The translations under genes were made by a program, and so were the position numbers. From the NCBI GenBank assembly GCA_951406725.2, contig OX597820.1:100254001-100318000 (forward strand): a DNA stretch of 64,000 bases, in the 5' to 3' direction. A model generated the notes under the pieces. That model was not told the origin of the DNA, made no database searches, and worked only from the letters and a program-made list of their open reading frames with translations. This document shows, one piece after another, positions 40,130-51,784 of this stretch; position 1 is the stretch's first letter; each line of letters opens with the position of its first letter. The stretch comes from Octopus vulgaris (lineage: Eukaryota).

Positions 40130-41352
40130 ACGCTATAAGCCTGACAATAATAACTATCCGGGCCGCTTCCCCTGGTGACGGGGTGAACATTACCTTGGTC
40201 TTTTTAAATTAATTCCCATATCGAAGGTATTACAAGATACTGCATAACAATTCATGATGTGGTGCATGTCATCCTGAGAGTGAGTCAAAAAAGTCAACAT
40301 CGTCTGCATACAAGAGTTCTCTCATTTATATTTGGAACACCTTGGATTTGAAATTGAATCTTCTTAGGTCAGAGGTCCTTCATGTAGTTCTAATTTGCAA
40401 TAGAATACCCTTTGCACAGTCCTGGAATGCATGAGTCAGTATCACAGTAAAAAATATTGAGAACAGTACATATCAACTGGGATTTCATTGGACAATTTTC
40501 CCGAGCCTTCATATTTCTGTGCAGTCGAACGAACATATCAATAAACTTTGGTGGGCACCCTATTTTCCCTAATATTTTCCACAGTGCATTTCAGTTCATC
40601 GTATCAAAGGCCTTTGTCAGATCAACAAAAACCTGATACGGAGGAACTCGCTGCTCAGTGCATTTCTTTCAATCTGCCTTGCAGAGATCATATCCATCGT
40701 CCCTCTGACAGATCTTTTGCGATTCAGGGATTACTGTAGGATAAATGTCCCCCATCAACCTGTTCAACAATAATCTAACAAGTACTTTGTCCACACATTC
40801 GAACAAAGTGATGCCGCGGTAGTGATCGCAGGTTCCTTTATCAGTCTTGCCTTTAAACAAGGTCACCAAGATACTATCTATCCAATCTTGTGGTATAGGA
40901 GCTCCATCCCAGCACTCTGTGATGAGATGAAGTATTGTTTGTGTTATGTTCTTAATATCAACCTTTAACAGTTCCACAGGAATTCCATCTGAACCAGGTG
41001 CCTTACATATGTTTAACTGGTTGATGGATATTTTAACCTCATAATTTGGTAATCGATCCATTTTGAAATTTACAACACACTGGGTGATGCCATCTAACAT
41101 CAGGATCAATTGATGATGGATTATCAAATAAATAGGTGAAATGTTCTTGCCAACGTTTAAGGATTTTCTCAGACTCCTTGATGACGGCAGTATTGTCTTT
41201 GGACCTAATGGGAACAATAGACTACACGCAAAAGACAGTTTTAAATCCTTTGCGTTATAAGCATTTTGAATATCTTCAGAGATCTTCAACCACCACTTAT
41301 TTTTAAGCCTTCTCAGCTCACGTTGTAAGGTGGCTTTATATTCCTTATATGT
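40130..41352 (-). mobile_element. Decayed RTE-clade LINE internal fragment
   Basis: KAPGSDGIPVELLK, IPQDW, CDHYRGITL, PESQ, FVDLTKAF; 40889-40993 recurs at 42229-42334. Confidence 0.88.
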
Positions 41353-41411
41353 CTTTTTACATACATATATACATATATCTATCTATATCTATCTATATAT
41401 ATATAAATTCA

Positions 41412-41713
41412 TTATTCTCAAACGCTTGATAATGCTAATAAAATAGTGTGATCAGGATAAATTATCCATACATTGCAGAAAAATATGTTACCGACCAGCC
41501 ATGAGACTCGAACTCACATCCCTGTGATTACGCGTCAAGTGCTTTACCATTAAGCCCAGTAACGAATTCTTCTGCAATTTTAGAACTTATAAATTTAGCA
41601 TCATTAGACGCTAACGTTAAATTCAACTTACGATGAAAGTAAACAAAGTTTTTTTTTTTTAGAAATGTTGAGATGTATTGAGAGATACAGAAATTAATTT
41701 TTTTATTCTGAAA
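41412..41713 (-). mobile_element. tRNA-containing short element, permuted copy
   Basis: Reverse complement of 42345-42632, with the tail segment placed ahead of the head. Confidence 0.75.
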
Positions 41714-42344
41714 GTTCAAAAATATGTATACAGAACCAAATGCACAAGCCCTCCTTTCTATCATCAATTTCAATATTGTTTTTTTAAAAAACGGTGTTTT
41801 GATGAAGAGGGTTATCAACAACAAAAACATTTTTACGAAAGGCGAAGGTTTTGATAAACTTCTATCCAAAACTACCCAAGTTTGGCAAATACAAACTAAT
41901 GCAACCAGTACTAAACTGAATGACTTCCCTTTTCATTTCTTAGACCAACATAGAGTGGAAAACATAAATGTACATGTACCTGGATCGCCTTACAGACAAG
42001 TTCACTTGCTCAACAACCTCAGATCATAGACATATATGTAGTAACTGTCAGCAAGACAAGAATTTCTATATCATGCACATTCACATTCACTTTTGACGAA
42101 AAGGTCTACTCATCGTATGGCATCCGGTCTATGAAATATCAAAAGTGTACTATCGGGTATCACTAGCCACAGACTCCAAAATGTCAGAAGTGGTTGCTTC
42201 GTAGCTGATTTCAAAAATTCAGCACTAAGTTGTGGTATAGGAGCTCCATCCCAGCAGTCTGCGATGAGATGAAGTATTGTTTGTGTTATGTTCTTATTAT
42301 CAACCTTTAACAGTTCCACAGGAATTCCATCTGAAGGTTAGCTG

Positions 42345-42626
42345 TTAGCATCATATGAAGCTAAATTTATAAGTTCTAAAATTGCGGAAGGATTTGTTAC
42401 TGGGCAATTTAGCTTAATGGTAAAATACTTGACGCGTAATCATAGGGATGTGAGTCCGAGTCTCAGGGCTGACCGATAACGTATTTTTTTGCAATGTATG
42501 GATAATTTATCCTGATCATGCTATTTTATTAGCATTATCAAGCGTTTGAGAATAAAAAATGTATTTCTGTATCTTTCAATACATCTCAACGCTAAAAATA
42601 CAAACTTTTTTTACTTTCATCGTAAG

Positions 42627-42632
<6 letters not shown>
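42345..42632 (+). mobile_element. Short element with internal tRNA-like module (42402-42474) ending at (TA)n
   Basis: tttagcttaatggtaaa..ttgacgCGTaatca..gtgagtccgagtctca; A- and B-box-like motifs. Confidence 0.75.
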
Positions 42633-42670
<38 letters not shown>

Positions 42671-43734
42671 CGGTTAAGATTAATATATACATATATATGT
42701 AATGGTTAAGATTGATTAGGTACAAAATAATATGAAATGTCGGAATCAGCAATTGTAACGATAAAAATTTGTTGTAACGGCATGTTGTAGGATGTGAAAG
42801 ATGAACATTGCATGAAATTTTAAGAAATTATTTATTTACCGTTACGTTTTATAACCGCGTCGGGCAGGTTATAAAATCCGAGAGCATACGAAAGAAAGTT
42901 AGATGTAGTAGAATTTTACTTTATATAGTTTTGTGTACACGTTCTCTTAGCAGTAAGTCACCGATAGCGATAGAGTGACGTTGTAAGAGAACAGACAAAG
43001 AGCTAGTGAAAGCTGTAAGGTTGTGGGACGTTGTCTCACAGTTGCTGGCAGTAAATATAATTTCTCTCGCTGACCATTGTCTTTAGTAGCTTCCGTGATT
43101 GTAATCATGATTCTAGTCTTCTGCTCCCTAACTGATGATAGCTGTGTCTTACTTGGTTGTCATTTGCTAACTAACTTATTGAGTTGTCACTAGCCGACTA
43201 ACTTATTTCTTTATTTGTCAATGAATGACATACAGAGAGGGAACAATACAAGATAATACAAAACATTTAGGTTTGGGAGTTACGACTTAATGGAAATCGC
43301 AATATGAAATCGGAAAAATGAAATCGAATGGTATACTGAAATTGAGAATCGTATAAACATTTCTGTAATTATATTTTCGGGTTCGTGTTCGACCTGCAGG
43401 TGTTTTATTCTTTTTTTTTTTTTTGTCTTTTTGCTTGGGGTTCTTACTTTTATAACTATCCAGAAGGATAGACATATCATTGAGAACAATGGGCTTCGTT
43501 GGCGGTACTGTGATTCCACTGTTATAGCTTTTGGTGAAGTAGAAGAGGTTAGAAAAGATCAAGTGGTGAAAACATTATTTCGGCCTAGCTAAAGGCATCT
43601 GGAAAATGTAAAACTGCTGTCACTGAAAACTATTGTTTTACCGTGGGAAAAGTTCTGTTGAACTGTTAATTTAAATTTGGCTATGGTGGATCGAATCCAC
43701 TTCATGCTTGCAAGATTCACTACATATCTATAGG

Positions 43735-43927
43735 TACAGGGGTGGGGCTGTGTGGTAAGACATTTGCTTCCCAACCGCATGGTTCCATGTTCAGTCCTCC
43801 TGCGTGACATGTTGGTTGAGTATCTTCTACTGCTGTACCGGGCCGACCAAAACCTTATAAATGGATTTGGTGAACGAAAACTGAAAGAAGCCTGTCGCCC
43901 GCGCGCGTGTATACACATACATACACA

Positions 43928-43960
<33 letters not shown>
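43735..43960 (+). mobile_element. SINE family B, 5' half
   Basis: ggctgtgtggtaaga..ttgcttcccaacc..gaaaactgaaagaagcc. Confidence 0.8.
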
Positions 43961-43963
<3 letters not shown>

Positions 43964-44059
43964 GGGTGCAAACCCAGGTCCTAATTTTTTAATGTAAAAT
44001 GTGGATTTTTCCAATGTTAACATTAAAACAAATGCTGGTATAATAATAATTTTTATTAT

Positions 44060-44560
44060 TATGAGGGTCGGCTGATATCTTCATAATCTGAGCAAGACAC
44101 TCTCAAAGGAATGTGACCAATTGAAGTTCATTTTCTAACAGAGTTCCTCTTATTGTCCACATACTTCCATTAGTAGTTGCAGTGCTTGGGTCGCACTGGT
44201 GAAGAAGCTTTTCTGTTGATCAACAACAGATAAGATGTTCTCATCATAGTGATACTGGTGCTCAGCTGAGTGTTTTTCTATGTTGGGAAACAGATGATAA
44301 CCAGAAGGAACCAAATCACTAACATAGGGAGGATGATCAACCAGTTCAAAGCCAGTCACACACAGCAGCCATTGAAACCAAGGACTTGTGTGCTGAATCA
44401 TTTTCCTAATGAAATAAGACCTCATTCATCAGTTTTTCTGGGTGTTTGGCCTTGATAGCCTTTCATAACTGCGTTAGGAAGTTGGTATTGAAATTTTCCA
44501 TTCATGGTGTGATCATTTTGAAGATAGCCAATACACACAATATTTTTGCATTAATGCATA
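44060..44560 (-). mobile_element. Decayed mariner 3' fragment
   Basis: GFELVDHPPYVSDLVPSGYHLFP (YSPDLAPxD-like motif); TAtgaggg terminus at 44060. Confidence 0.8.
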
Positions 44561-44852
44561 GTATATGTGAAGTATATTTTGCATATTAAAATGTTTAATT
44601 TTGGAAATGTATCAAGCAGAGCTAAAATAAGCAGTAAAATACAAATTGCAAATATTTCAAAGTGTGGGACACTACATGACAAAAACTAACAAAAAAGGAA
44701 GAAAATAATGGTGCTTGTGTTCCAAAGGTGCAATGAGAAGGCTCAGGAGAAGGATAAAGAGATGGGGTAGAGGGAAGGAAGTTAGAAGGAAAGAAAAGAA
44801 TGAAAAGTGAAAAGATCAACTGGGGATCTGAAATGAGTACTAGGCAAGAAAT

Positions 44853-44943
44853 TGGCCCCTGTGCCGGCGGCACGTAAAATCAGCACCACTCAGAGTGGTT
44901 GGCGTTAAGGGCATCCAGCTGTAGAAACACTGCCAGATCAGAA
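44853..44943 (+). mobile_element. SINE family E fragment
   Basis: gtgccggcggcacgtaaaa...ggcatccagctgtagaaac; compare 59193-59505 and 63665-64000. Confidence 0.75.
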
Positions 44944-46015
44944 ATCTCAGAACTTTCCAGGAAGTTTCCGACCAATTTTCCTGGAAATCAGGAAATGTCC
45001 GGAACTTTCCAAGAAGTTGGAAAATCACCGGAACTTTCAACGAAATCCTAGGAACTTTCCAGGAAGTTTCCGATCCATTTTCCAAGAAGTTTGGGGTATC
45101 CCCCGGAACTTTCCATGAAATCCTCGGAACTTCCCAGAAAAGTTTCCGACCAATTTTCCCGGGAGTTGGGGGACACCCGGAATTTTCCATAAAAACCTCG
45201 GAACTTTCCGACCAGTTTTCAGGGAGTTGGGAAATCCACGGGACTTTTCATGATTTCCGCGGAACTTCTCGGGAAGTTTCCGACCAATTTTCCCGTGAGT
45301 TAGGGGTTCCCCAGAACTTTCCATGAAATCGTGGAAAATTTCCAGGAAGTTTCCGACCAATTTTCCCGGAAGTTGGTAAATTCCAGGATTTTCCATGAAA
45401 TCCTCGGAACTTCCCGACCAGTTTCCTCGGAAGTTGGGGATCCCTGGAACTTCCCATTAAATCCTCGGAAATTTCCAGAAAAGTTCCCGAACAATTTTCC
45501 AGGAAGTTGGGGGATCCTCGGAAATTTCCGGGAAATTTCCTATCTGTTTTTCCGGAAGTTAGAGAATCCCCGTAACTTTCCATGAAATCCTCGGAACTTT
45601 GCAGGAAGTTTCCTATCAATTTCCCTGGAAGTTGGGAAATCATTGGACCTTTTCAGGAAGTTTCCGATCAATTTTCCCCGAAGTTGGGGAATCCCCGGAA
45701 CTTTCCATGGAATCCCCGGAATTTTCCTACCAATTTCCCAGGGAGTTGGGAAATCCCCGGAGCTTTCCATGAAATCATCGGAACTTTCCAGTAAGTTTCC
45801 GACCAGTTTTCCCGAAAGTTGGCTAATCCCCGGAGCTTTCCATGAAATCCTCGGGACTTTCCAGGAAGTTTCCGACCAGTTTTCCCGGAAGTTGGGAAAT
45901 TCCCGGAATTTCCGTGAAATCCTCGGAACTTTCCATGAAGTTTCCGACAAATTTTTCTGGAACTTATAAAATCCTCGAAACTTTCGAGTAAGTTCCCTAC
46001 AAATTTTTTAGGAAG
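44944..46015. repeat. Minisatellite, ~73 bp unit with ~62 and ~52 bp variants, about 15 copies
   Basis: Consensus ggaactttccaggaagtttccgaccaattttcccggaagttgggaaatccccggaactttccatgaaatcctc. Confidence 0.93.
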
Positions 46016-46277
46016 TAATGACATTACTGCAGCCAATCTAGAGCACCGCCTTAATGTATTTTCAATTAGGTCTTGCTGTTGCTTCTTGACTGGAAGGTGG
46101 TCTATGATTGAGTTTTCTAGCAGCTGTTCTCCTCTGAATGCATCATCCTTGAATGGTTCGTTAAGAGTTAATCTAATGAGTTTTGGGAGGGTATTTTTAA
46201 TGTTTCAGTGGAGTATATAAATCTTCGTGCAATAAAACTCTCTCCAGTGCCGAAGTTTGGAACATGTCCTTCCACAT

Positions 46278-46555
46278 TTCTATATTTTAGAGATGAGGAA
46301 TTATATACATTATTTACATTCGATGGATATTTGTCCTCATCTTGTTTGTTGTTAACACAACGTTTCGCCTGATATACCCTCCAGCCTTCTTCAGGTGTCT
46401 TGGATAAATTTCGAACCTGTGTTCTCATTCCTAATGTATTTTTCGATGTTATTGTTGTTGTTGTTGTTGTTGTTAGTGTTCAGGTCACTGCTTGGAATCG
46501 AACTTGGAATCTTGGGGTTAGTAGCCCGCGCTCTTAACCACTACGCCATATGTCC
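46278..46555 (-). mobile_element. tRNA-head short element carrying a minimal hammerhead
   Basis: tRNA-like 46555-46483 (A box TGGCGTAGTGG, B box GTTCGATTCC), (CAA)n spacer, hammerhead at 46398-46355. Confidence 0.78.
46355..46398 (-). ncRNA. Minimal type I hammerhead ribozyme (Penelope-type)
   Basis: ACAC-CTGAAGA-A-GGCTG-gagggtatat-CAGGC-GAAAC-GTT-GTGT; one stem II mismatch. Confidence 0.75.
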
Positions 46556-46689
46556 CCCAACAATTTTCCATATGAATGCGATAGTATATATTTCTCTTAG
46601 GTGTCAAGAGACTCAGCGCTTTCAGACATTCTCGGTAAATAAAACTTTTAACTGAAGGTATTTTACCAGTGAACATTCCTTGTAACCCT

Positions 46690-47700
46690 TCAATTTCTTC
46701 TATGAGACCGGATGAGTTAGAAGATTAAAATTGTAAGCAGTAATATAAACTGCTCAGAACTAGGATTTTCCCTAAAAATAAAACTAACTACCGATTCCCT
46801 TGTCATGAATGTTCGTAGGATGCAGCCTATGAGTTTGCTGCATTTAAAGGTTAGTTTGATAATATGGCTGATGGAAAATGCATCATTTGACATGATTGCA
46901 CCTAAGTCCTGTATGTCATTACTGCTCTGAATCATTATGTTACCTTGTGTCAAATATTGTGATTTGGGTGAATTCGTTTGTAATGAAGAAGCTGAAATTT
47001 TGATGTACTAATTTTCGTATTTTTTCTGATTTAGCTCCTAGCCATCGATATTCTTGTGTAATTCATTCCCTGAAGTATACAACGTATTACAGGTAACTTA
47101 GAGAGAAATCCATTTGCAGTAATTGGTTGACTCCTACCGTTTAGGGAATTAAAGAACCATTCTCCAACTTTTCCTGTGATACCAAGATTTCTTAAATTAT
47201 GACAGATGATTCAATGATCAGTCTTGCCAAACGCCTTAACGATATCAAGGTTTTAACAGTCAATGATCTTTCTCCTTAACAGATTATTAGAGGTAGTGTT
47301 ATGATGCTGTAAGAACTGTGACAGGCAACTTCGTTCAGTCCGAAACCTATACCGAGTGTCATCTAAGTTGTTTTCCTCCAGGTATGTTATTACTTTTTGT
47401 CTTCGGACAAGGCATTGGATAATTTTAGACGTGTAAGACGTGAGGGAAACAGGTCTGTAATTTTTAGCTTCAGCATTGCTAACACCTTTGTACCTATATA
47501 GGTTTTATTGTAGTTTCTTTCAGTAGTCTCGGGAATATGGCAGTATCTGGCGAGTTTTGAAATAGTACCTTTAATGATTTCATGAGGTGGTTTTTGCACG
47601 ATTTTTAGCAATATAACTGGAATACTATTTGGTACAGATGCTGAGTTTGGGTCTAAATCATTAATAGCCGCAAGTATATCAACTTCTATGATATTCATTT
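46690..47700 (-). mobile_element. Old CR1/L2-group LINE remnant; its endonuclease part continues at ~48880-49240
   Basis: LDPNSASVPNSIPVILLK, DIQDLGAIMSND..GCILRTF; GVFNF-like motif at 49100-49115. Confidence 0.7.
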
Positions 47701-48880
47701 TAAGTTGTGTCTCTGCACTTGAGTTGTGGGATCAAAGAATTCGCTTGGATTATGCACGGGGCTGCGATACGGATTATGCACGGGGCTGCGATACGGACGG
47801 AGAATGCGGCCTTCCGCCTGTTGAAACGAAAGTGTCAGGGATAGAGTTTGCGATCATGCCCATGAAGACCTCTATCCGGCGCAGGGGTGAAAATCTCCGC
47901 CAATGGTAGGTTTACATGTCCGTTGAAGATGTTGAAAGTCGGATGATATTTCCCTGCATCCTCCGTCGTTTGAGTGAAGGCAATGCCAGCCTTTGGATAT
48001 GTTCCTCTTATGCAAGCTTAGACAAGCCCGCCCCCATTTGGGTGGCCAAGTGCTGAACCCGTTCCAGGTGCTGAATGTCTTTCTGGAGATATGGGTCTGA
48101 GGTATGCATGCAATGTTCGAGGATGGGTCGAACTAAAGTGATATATACAGGCCAAAAGACGTCCATTGAAAGGTTGGCAAAGGATCGGTGGATGAGGAAA
48201 AGATTCCTTCTGGCTTTGTTCGCCGCCTCGATACCCTGCCGTGGTAGTTTGAAAGTAGTATCGATCCTTATGCCGAGATCCTTTTCTTCAGTGACCATCT
48301 TAAGATGTTGATGTTTGTGGCCTATAGTCAAGGGAGAGTTTGGAGGTGAACCTATTGGCAAATGGCTGCATTTTAAGGCGTTCAAGTTCAGATTCCATTC
48401 TTCCGCCCAATTCCAAGCTCGGTTCAGCGACGATTGGAATGTGTCGTATTGATTCCTAGGTGAGACAAGTTTAACGTCGTCTGCAAATAGGAGAACTCAT
48501 CCATCAAGAAAATCTGGCAGCTCGTTGATATAGAGAAGGAAAAGTATTGGCCCCAGCACCGACCCCTGGGGAACGCCGCTGCATGCATTCACCTCCGTGG
48601 AGAGATCTCCATTTATCTGCACCCAAAAGGTTCAATAGCTAAGGAAGGAAGAAATCCACAAAGTCACCAATGAATGAATCTTGAATGCCCGAAGTTTGCG
48701 CAAGAGAAGTCAGTGATTAACGGAGTCAAACGCCTTTGCCAAGTCCAAAAATACCACGCCCACCAAGTCTTTTTCATCCATGGTCTTTGTAATCCATTCT
48801 TCAAGAAGGAGAAGATTTGTTAGGCAAGATCTTCAGGGTAGAAATCCATGCTGCGAGTCGGATATTTCTTTGTACCATAT
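47700..48880 (-). mobile_element. Younger 5'-truncated CR1-like LINE nested in the older one
   Basis: QHGF, FLDLAKAFDSVNH, GVPQGSVLGPILFLLYINELP, FADDVKL, KDLGI, LVRPILE; 24 bp tandem duplication at 47747-47794. Confidence 0.9.
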
Positions 48881-49999
48881 ACAGATAATTGTATAATGCT
48901 TTGGTTGGAAATAGCTGTGGGAATGACCTGAACATTGTGAATAAAAACAAAGTCGAGTATGTTATTTTCCCCTAATTGGACGGGTAATGATTTGTTGTAT
49001 GGGAAAGTCTTTTGTTGTATCGAGAAAATGGTTCATATCCCTCCACTTTAGTTGCTTAGTTCCAGACTGGATATAATCCTCGGACCAGCTAAGATTAGTA
49101 AAATTAAAGACCCCTGTTAAAAGTATATTAGCTTGTGTGCTGGCTTCAGCTAGGGTTAGACTTATGAGCAAAAAAAAGCACCTCTGAAGTGATCTTCGTG
49201 GTTAACCGCATCAAGATGACGGTAGGTAATGCTTTTAATATAATTTCCTTTTAAAATAAATTAGTCCGAAATTGTCGAATACATTTCTTTGCAAATTAGG
49301 TAATTTCGGGGTTGGTCTGCAATCATTTATAGTTAAATGTTTCCTTTCAAAATCTTTTTTTTTTTTTTATTAAACTGGACTAGTATTTCGAATGAACAAT
49401 AAGTATCAAAGCATTTAACAATGAGCACTAAATATCAAAGATAAAAATAAATCATTTTGTTCCCTTGTCAAACTTTGGACCTTAACAACCTAAATGAGAA
49501 AACCGATATGACTGAAAGGATTTTTAAAGGGCTTTTATTTTTAGGCTGAGGCCAAACAGTCGAATCCATTCAACCATGTCGTCAGTCTTTAGCAACATCA
49601 ACTACAAAGAACTTGAGAGAGGTGACAGACTGAGAGAGGACAAGAACCTTCACATATTTTCAGCATTGCAAGATTTTGGAGTTATTTTTGTCAGAATAGA
49701 GCTGTCTTCAAGAATCCAAGTAATGCTATGTATTGAAGAGTAGCCGTAGATGCTGGTCATGTTGTTGTTCTTGTTGTTTGCTGCTACAGTTGTTGTTGTC
49801 ACATACTTTTTTATTTTGACGCTACTTTTCTTCAGAAGTTGGTCAGTCATAAATTCTCTTGGGAATTTTAAGCCCAGCTTCATCACTTTTATTTATTTAT
49901 TTATTTTTGTTCTTTGTTTTTGCTTTGAAACGAAATCTAGCTTCAAGCATCTTATACAGATAATTTTTTAGACACTATTTTCGGAAACTGGTAAAATTA

Positions 50000-50086
50000 T
50001 GTAGGGGTGCAAATTTTGATCTTGCACCACCTGAAAATTCCAAGGGGTGCAGTTGCACCCGCTGCACCCCTTGTTCCCGGGCCCTG
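50000..50086. mobile_element. hAT-like transposon terminus
   Basis: Ends ...gggccctg with subterminal ggggtgca/tgcacccc repeats; partner end not found. Confidence 0.55.
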
Positions 50087-50326
50087 GCATATGATATGTT
50101 TTTATTATTTTTTGTAATTTACTTAATCATTGGTATTTTATTGTTATTTTGATTTTAATATTTCTTTTATAATTAATTTTCTAGATGGTGTAATTTAATT
50201 GTTCATTTTGAATTGATAAAAGGTGTTTTTTCTAATTTTTATATATATATTATATTGTGTGAAATTTGATTTAGTATTTCTTAATTGAATTTTTTCCCTG
50301 TAAGTTAGGATTAATATTCCCTCAAA

Positions 50327-50379
<53 letters not shown>

Positions 50380-50660
50380 GAAATATGTTACGAAAAGAAA
50401 ATATAAAATACACGTGGAAATATAAGGGTAAAATACGAAAATCAACGAAAATGCACATTGCAAATAAAAAAAGGCTATTTGTGACAGGTAACGACAAAAA
50501 TATACATTTAGATTGACTGAGGTAGTAATAAGAGTCATAATAGTCATTATTATGAGATGATTATAAGATGATAATAAAGTAAGAGAACAAAGCGAACCAT
50601 GGTTTACGCAAAGCTATTCATCGCTTGAAAAACAATATGTATATATATATATATATATAT

Positions 50661-51596
50661 AAAGGAAATGAAGAAAATGCTGACGAAATAATTTAAGTAA
50701 GGGAGAGTGTATTTAATTAGGTGAAAGTTCTTTTTACCGGTTGCGCATTTGTTATGCTTATCAAAAGATATTTTTTTAAGAGAGATAGAGTTCCTTTCTG
50801 ATAGATTTTTTCTCTTATCTGACTTTATGTTGGGTTTGCTGTCTCTTATATGTGAAAAAAGAGGCTCCAGAGTTGTTTAAGATTTGCTTGGTTTCGCGCC
50901 TAAAATTTCTTGTGGACAATGGTCAATACAATTTTGATTGGTCATTATAAAGGGGTCACGTGAATGTTTGAATGGAAGTTGGTGTTGGGGTAAGAAAATA
51001 GGCTCCAGAGATGTTAAAATTTGGCTAGTGTTGAAAATTCTTATTGTTCAGGCTGGTCAGTAGACGTCATGTGGATATTTTAAATAGCTTTTTAGTGCGT
51101 AGTTAAGGAGTGTATTTTCCGCTTGACTGAAATTTGAGCTGGATAAGTAAGTTCGTTTAGGACAGGAAGAGCTATATGTATGTATGTGTGCGCGTGTGTG
51201 TGTGTATGTGTTTATATGTATGTTGGGGCGCGCGCGTGTATATATGTGTGCGTGTGTGAGTACAATTTTCAATATTTATAGTTCTGATGGCCTTGTGCCT
51301 GTATCGGGAAGCAACGTGTTTGTGTGAAGTCAATATTTACAGTCATTTCCAAAAAATAGTGTTGGATGTTTTGCACCCGTATCAAATTATGTGTATGTGT
51401 GGAAACATATATTTGCGTGTGTCATGGTGTTAATATCTGGGTAAAAGTGTGTGTATCAGAAAGGAACTCTATCTCTCTTAAAAAAATATCTTTTGATAAG
51501 TATAACAAATGCGCAACCGGTAAAAAGAACTTTCACCTAATTAGATACACTCTCCCTTACTTAAATTATTTTGTCAGCATTTTCTTCATTTCCTTT
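50661..51596. mobile_element. ~935 bp element with ~143 bp terminal inverted repeats, in (TA)n
   Basis: 50661-50803 is the near-exact reverse complement of 51454-51596. Confidence 0.85.
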
Positions 51597-51630
51597 TTTT
51601 ATATATCACAACTCGTGTTCCACAGCTCCT

Positions 51631-51690
<60 letters not shown>

Positions 51691-51784
51691 ACGTGCGCAT
51701 AAATATGTGTGTGCATATATGTGTATGTGTTTTTGTGTTTGTCCCCCCACTATCGCTTGACAATATGTGTTAGTTTGTTCACTA

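Noticed and set aside
42783-43250. Solo LTR (TG...CA)
   Set aside because: No matching target-site duplication and no second copy in the window.
43280-43600. Minus-strand exons around a short GT-AG intron (43449-43395)
   Set aside because: No recognisable product, upstream stops in all frames and no linked exons.
44944-46015. CRISPR-like array or repetitive protein ORFs
   Set aside because: No unique spacers, eukaryotic context and no cas genes; the ORFs are frame-unstable satellite translations.
49546-49745. Small + strand ORF MSSVFSNINYKELERGD...
   Set aside because: 55 aa with no homology recognised; lies near a hAT-like end and may be transposon interior.
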